Origin: Patescibacteria group bacterium
GTDB taxonomy: Bacteria > Patescibacteriota > WWE3 > 2-01-FULL-39-13
NCBI GenBank assembly: GCA_048499955.1
Contig: JASNYX010000002.1
Location: 68,513 to 132,512 of the forward strand
Reading direction: 5' to 3'
DNA length: 64,000 bases
The notes below the pieces were generated by a model, which was not told the DNA's origin, ran no database searches, and saw nothing but the letters and a program-made list of their open reading frames with translations. This document shows positions 60,845 through 64,000 of this stretch, one piece after another (position 1 is the stretch's first letter; every line of letters starts with the position of its first letter). The position numbers and the translations under genes were made by a program.

Positions 60845-60965
60845 TGGGAAGCATGCCCATGCTTCCCATACTTGGAGATTTTTAAGCGGGGTGAAGTTTG
60901 CAAGGGTCACGACCAACGGGAGTGACTTGCGCAGCCCTTGCAAAATGAGGGGCAAGGCCCCTTAA
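60845..60965. repeat. Nested inverted repeats (ssDNA-promoter/origin-like stem-loop)
   Basis: TGGGAAGCAT/ATGCTTCCCA (60845-60868); TTTGCAAGGG/CCCTTGCAAA (60897-60944) enclosing GTCAC/GTGAC; outer TTAAGCGGGG/CCCCTTAA. Confidence 0.7.
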
Positions 60966-61037
60966 TAAAGAAGCTTATTCTGGTCAACTATCGTTTTTGC
61001 GGGTATACTTTATTGGTATCTATTGGTAAGTAAACAT

Positions 61038-61211
61038 ATGGAAGAACTGCTAACATTAAGTGAGGCAGCCAAAATACTAAAAGTCCATCCTAATACTCTT
61101 AGGTTGTGGGATAAAAGCGGCGTACTTAAAGCCGTTAGAATTGGCGTTAAAAAAGTAAGAAGATACCGAAAACAAGATATTGAAGCATTTATAGACAAGA
61201 AGAATAAATAA
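61038..61211 (+). CDS. MerR-like/excisionase-type HTH DNA-binding protein
   Basis: LLTLSEAAKILKVHPNTLRLWDKSGVLKAVRIG..RRYR. Confidence 0.85.
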   Translation: MEELLTLSEAAKILKVHPNTLRLWDKSGVLKAVRIGVKKVRRYRKQDIEAFIDKKNK

Positions 61212-61214
61212 TTT

Positions 61215-64000
61215 ATGTCTCTTATTGACAATCAAAACCAAACAATGCACCAAGCGCTTATTAACGCGCTTTCAACTGCTGGCAGGATCGACATTCAGGT
61301 TGGGTACTTTTATTTTTCCGGCTTCGAACTTCTCGCAAAACACTTAAAAGACAAACAAGTAAGAATCCTCGTTGGTAAACAAATTGACCCAAATGCCGTT
61401 CCCAATATTATTTCTATGCAGCAGAAAACTGGTAAGCCAGTGGATTTAGAGCGTTTCCAGTCATGGGATACCTTTGTTTCCAGAACAGAACAAAAATCTA
61501 AATACTTCGAAGGATTCTCCAAGCTCTTTAATGAATCTCAAGTATTTGACAGTCCAGAGTCACAAGAGGCATATAAGATTTTTGAAGAAAAAATCATAGA
61601 CGGCTCGTTACAAATTAAACTCACCAACAATGATGAGCACGGAAAAATGTATCTGGTGTACAACAAGCCAGAAATGAATCAAGGTGGTGATTTTCCAGGT
61701 ACGATGTTTTTGGGCTCAAGCAACTTTACATACAACGGACTGATTGACCAAGGAGAGCTCAATAAAACTGATAGAGATAAGGCCAGTTTTGAAGAAGCCA
61801 CAAGTAAATTCGAAGCGATGTGGTCAGAAAGCCAAAACATAGATATTGCCACCCCTGATAATAACCAAGAATTCAAAGAGGTAGTTAAAAAACTTTGGAT
61901 TAACACTGTAGTGAAGCCTTATCTCATGTACATTAGGGTACTACACGAACTCTTTGGTAAAGATCGAAATACGGATATCGAATCTCCAGGCAAAATTACC
62001 GACGACTCATTTATCGACCTCGAATATCAGCTTGATGCTATTCGGATGGGAATTGATCGTATCAATCAATATGGCGGTGTGATTGTTGCTGATGTCGTAG
62101 GGTTAGGTAAAAGTATTATTGCTTCCGCGATTGCCTACAACATCGCTCAAAAAGATCGCATTAACGTGGTAATTATTTGTCCACCCCATCTTATAACCCA
62201 ATGGGAAGAATATCAGGCTCACTTTAGGCTACCTGGAACTAAAATATTCAGCTCAGGAAAAATAGAAGATGCCTACCGTTGGTGTACTGATCAAGTTACC
62301 GGTCCAGTACTGTTGGTGCTGGATGAAGCCCATCGATACCGCAATGAATTGACAGATGACTACACACTCCTCCATTCACTTTCCAGAAGCAATCCAAATA
62401 ACAAAGTTGTCGTTTTAACCGCAACACCTTTTAACAATGACCCAAAAGATGTGTTCGCGTTAGTTAAGCTATTCCAAACCCCCGGACAATCAACAATTCG
62501 ATCAGTGGATAACCTCTCTCTTAGATTTAGGGAGCTTATAGATAGATACAAAAAGCTTCGATCAAGCATGAGGAGAAACAATCTAACTACTGATGAGATA
62601 AATGACGAAGCAAAAGAAATCGCTTTGGAATTGCGACGACTTATTGAGCCCGTCATTGTCCGCAGATCTCGTCTTGATCTGCAAACTATTTCGCGTTATC
62701 GCAATAACCTCATTAAGCAAGGGATCGCGTTTGCAGCAGTTGAGGGGCCAGAACTGCTCGAATACGAGTTGGGTGATTTATTTGACTTATATCTCAACAC
62801 ACTTGAAACTCTTACCAACGAAGATCATGGCTTCATCGGCGCTCGATATAAACCTGTTACCTATATTGCTGATGAAAAACGCGATGAGTTTAAAGAAAAG
62901 TACGGCGCATATTTAGATGATGTAGACCTGCAAACCGCACAAAGCAACTTGGCGTCATTCATGAAGCGTTTACTCGTTATGCGTTTTGAGAGTTCTAAAG
63001 AAGCATTCCGGATCACACTCCAAAATATGATTGACTCCAATCAAATGATCGCTCGTTGGTATCGCGATCAAGGTAGAGTGCCAATTTTGAAAAAAGGCAG
63101 AATTCCAGATCCTGATACATTTATGACTGACGCAGGAGATGATATTACCTCAGAATTGGACGAACAATTTAATGAAGAAAGTGACTCCAAATACAAACTC
63201 CTCTTTGTAGAAAAAGAGTGGCTGAAACCCGAATTTATTAAAGAAGTTGAGTCAGATACACAACTTCTTCTTTCCATCAGGGACCAATGGTTTAACAATA
63301 ACAAAGCGATCATCGATTTGGATCCCAAGCTGGATTCTCTCGTTGAAAATATCAAACGCCTTCTTAGTGAAAACCCCGACAGAAAGATTGTTATTTTTTC
63401 AGCATATGCGGACACGGTTGATTACTTGGGAGATGCGATCAAAAAAGCAGGATTTTCAAGAGTCTATAAATATACTGCTAAAGATGCATCAAAAGCAAAT
63501 CGTGAATTACTTCGCTCCAACTTCGATGCTGGAATAAAGCCTGAATTACAAGCCAACGACTACGATGTGCTTGTTGCCACCGATGCACTTTCGGAAGGGT
63601 ATAACCTCCACCGCGCCGGAGTTATCTTCAATTACGACATACCATTTAACCCGACCCGTGTTATTCAGAGAATTGGTCGTATCAATCGCATTAACAAAAA
63701 AGTTTTTGATAGCATCTTTGTTTACAACTTCTTCCCAACGACGATTGGTGAAGCTGAAACTAGAATTCAACAAATCAGCACTCTGAAAATGACCCTTATC
63801 AATGCAGTAGTTGGTAGTGATACCAAAACGCTTACTAGCGATGAAGAGCTAAAGAGCTTCTTCAAGGACGAGTATGTCAAGGCAAATAAAGAGGTTGAGT
63901 TTGAATCATGGGATGCAAAGCATCGTGAAGCATATGATCAAACTCCTGATGAAGTGATAGATGAGGCTATGAATATTCGTCCAAGAAGCCGTGTTATGCG
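61215..64000 (+). CDS. PLD-family nuclease-SNF2 helicase fusion, partial (>928 aa, runs off the window)
   Basis: Absent from ORF track (no stop in window). Manual reading, one frame: VGYFYFSGF, HGKMYL...GSSNFT (PLD), ADVVGLGKS, LDEAH, LTATP, ATDALSEGYNL, QRIGRINRI. Confidence 0.88.
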   Translation, partial: MSLIDNQNQTMHQALINALSTAGRIDIQVGYFYFSGFELLAKHLKDKQVRILVGKQIDPNAVPNIISMQQKTGKPVDLERFQSWDTFVSRTEQKSKYFEGFSKLFNESQVFDSPESQEAYKIFEEKIIDGSLQIKLTNNDEHGKMYLVYNKPEMNQGGDFPGTMFLGSSNFTYNGLIDQGELNKTDRDKASFEEATSKFEAMWSESQNIDIATPDNNQEFKEVVKKLWINTVVKPYLMYIRVLHELFGKDRNTDIESPGKITDDSFIDLEYQLDAIRMGIDRINQYGGVIVADVVGLGKSIIASAIAYNIAQKDRINVVIICPPHLITQWEEYQAHFRLPGTKIFSSGKIEDAYRWCTDQVTGPVLLVLDEAHRYRNELTDDYTLLHSLSRSNPNNKVVVLTATPFNNDPKDVFALVKLFQTPGQSTIRSVDNLSLRFRELIDRYKKLRSSMRRNNLTTDEINDEAKEIALELRRLIEPVIVRRSRLDLQTISRYRNNLIKQGIAFAAVEGPELLEYELGDLFDLYLNTLETLTNEDHGFIGARYKPVTYIADEKRDEFKEKYGAYLDDVDLQTAQSNLASFMKRLLVMRFESSKEAFRITLQNMIDSNQMIARWYRDQGRVPILKKGRIPDPDTFMTDAGDDITSELDEQFNEESDSKYKLLFVEKEWLKPEFIKEVESDTQLLLSIRDQWFNNNKAIIDLDPKLDSLVENIKRLLSENPDRKIVIFSAYADTVDYLGDAIKKAGFSRVYKYTAKDASKANRELLRSNFDAGIKPELQANDYDVLVATDALSEGYNLHRAGVIFNYDIPFNPTRVIQRIGRINRINKKVFDSIFVYNFFPTTIGEAETRIQQISTLKMTLINAVVGSDTKTLTSDEELKSFFKDEYVKANKEVEFESWDAKHREAYDQTPDEVIDEAMNIRPRSRVM

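Larger units (their letters stand above)
54731..64000. mobile_element. Integrative (ICE/IME-like) element at tRNA-Glu; right end outside the window
   Basis: Serine integrase abutting the tRNA 3' end, then VirD4-like ATPase, Replic_Relax, DUF2958, excisionase-like HTH and nuclease-helicase cargo. Confidence 0.8.

Noticed and set aside
60904-60912. GGGTCACGA as a possible attR copy of the tRNA 3' end (GGGGTCACCA)
   Set aside because: Match is too short, is part of a hairpin, and element-type genes continue beyond it.
61310-63786. Short ORFs listed across the last 2.7 kb
   Set aside because: All lie within the long PLD-SNF2 frame starting at 61215.
1-64000. CRISPR array, rRNA, IS transposase or alternative genetic code (UGA recoding)
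   Set aside because: No regularly spaced repeats, rRNA or transposase motifs were seen; TGA terminates genes such as secA and greA at their expected ends.

Overview
Low-GC bacterial chromosome segment read in genetic code 11. Gene content and style suggest a CPR/Patescibacteria-type organism; this is inference, as no rRNA or other decisive marker is present. 1-21.7 kb is a large minus-strand surface-glycosylation cluster (five GT-C/PMT-like membrane transferases, a DUF2079 protein, a Wzx-like flippase, four GT4, three polyprenol-P-sugar synthase-type GT2 of which one is fused to GtrA, ugd), interrupted by pepF. 21.7-54.2 kb is housekeeping: CAP protein, ftsE-ftsX followed by a coiled-coil M23 peptidase whose catalytic domain is circularly permuted, prfB without a frameshift, a membrane-anchored Clp ATPase, GalT-like protein, processive GT2, M29 aminopeptidase, an ArsR-sufCBDS-DUF1858-ferredoxin-FNR operon, XRE regulator with a divergent structured-RNA candidate, M16 peptidase, secA, uppP, PAP2, T-box-serS, HD protein, a locally scrambled lysS, an M49-like protein and tandem greA paralogues. 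At 54.66 kb a tRNA-Glu(CTC) with an unusual A19:U56 elbow borders an integrated element that runs off the window. It carries a large serine recombinase ending antisense inside the tRNA, a VirD4-like ATPase, a Replic_Relax protein, DUF2958 behind an ssDNA-promoter-like stem-loop, an excisionase-like HTH and a PLD-nuclease/SNF2 helicase fusion missing from the ORF track. Many host genes look leaderless (-10 box 6 nt before the start codon). All family assignments are from motif recognition by eye; no searches were run.
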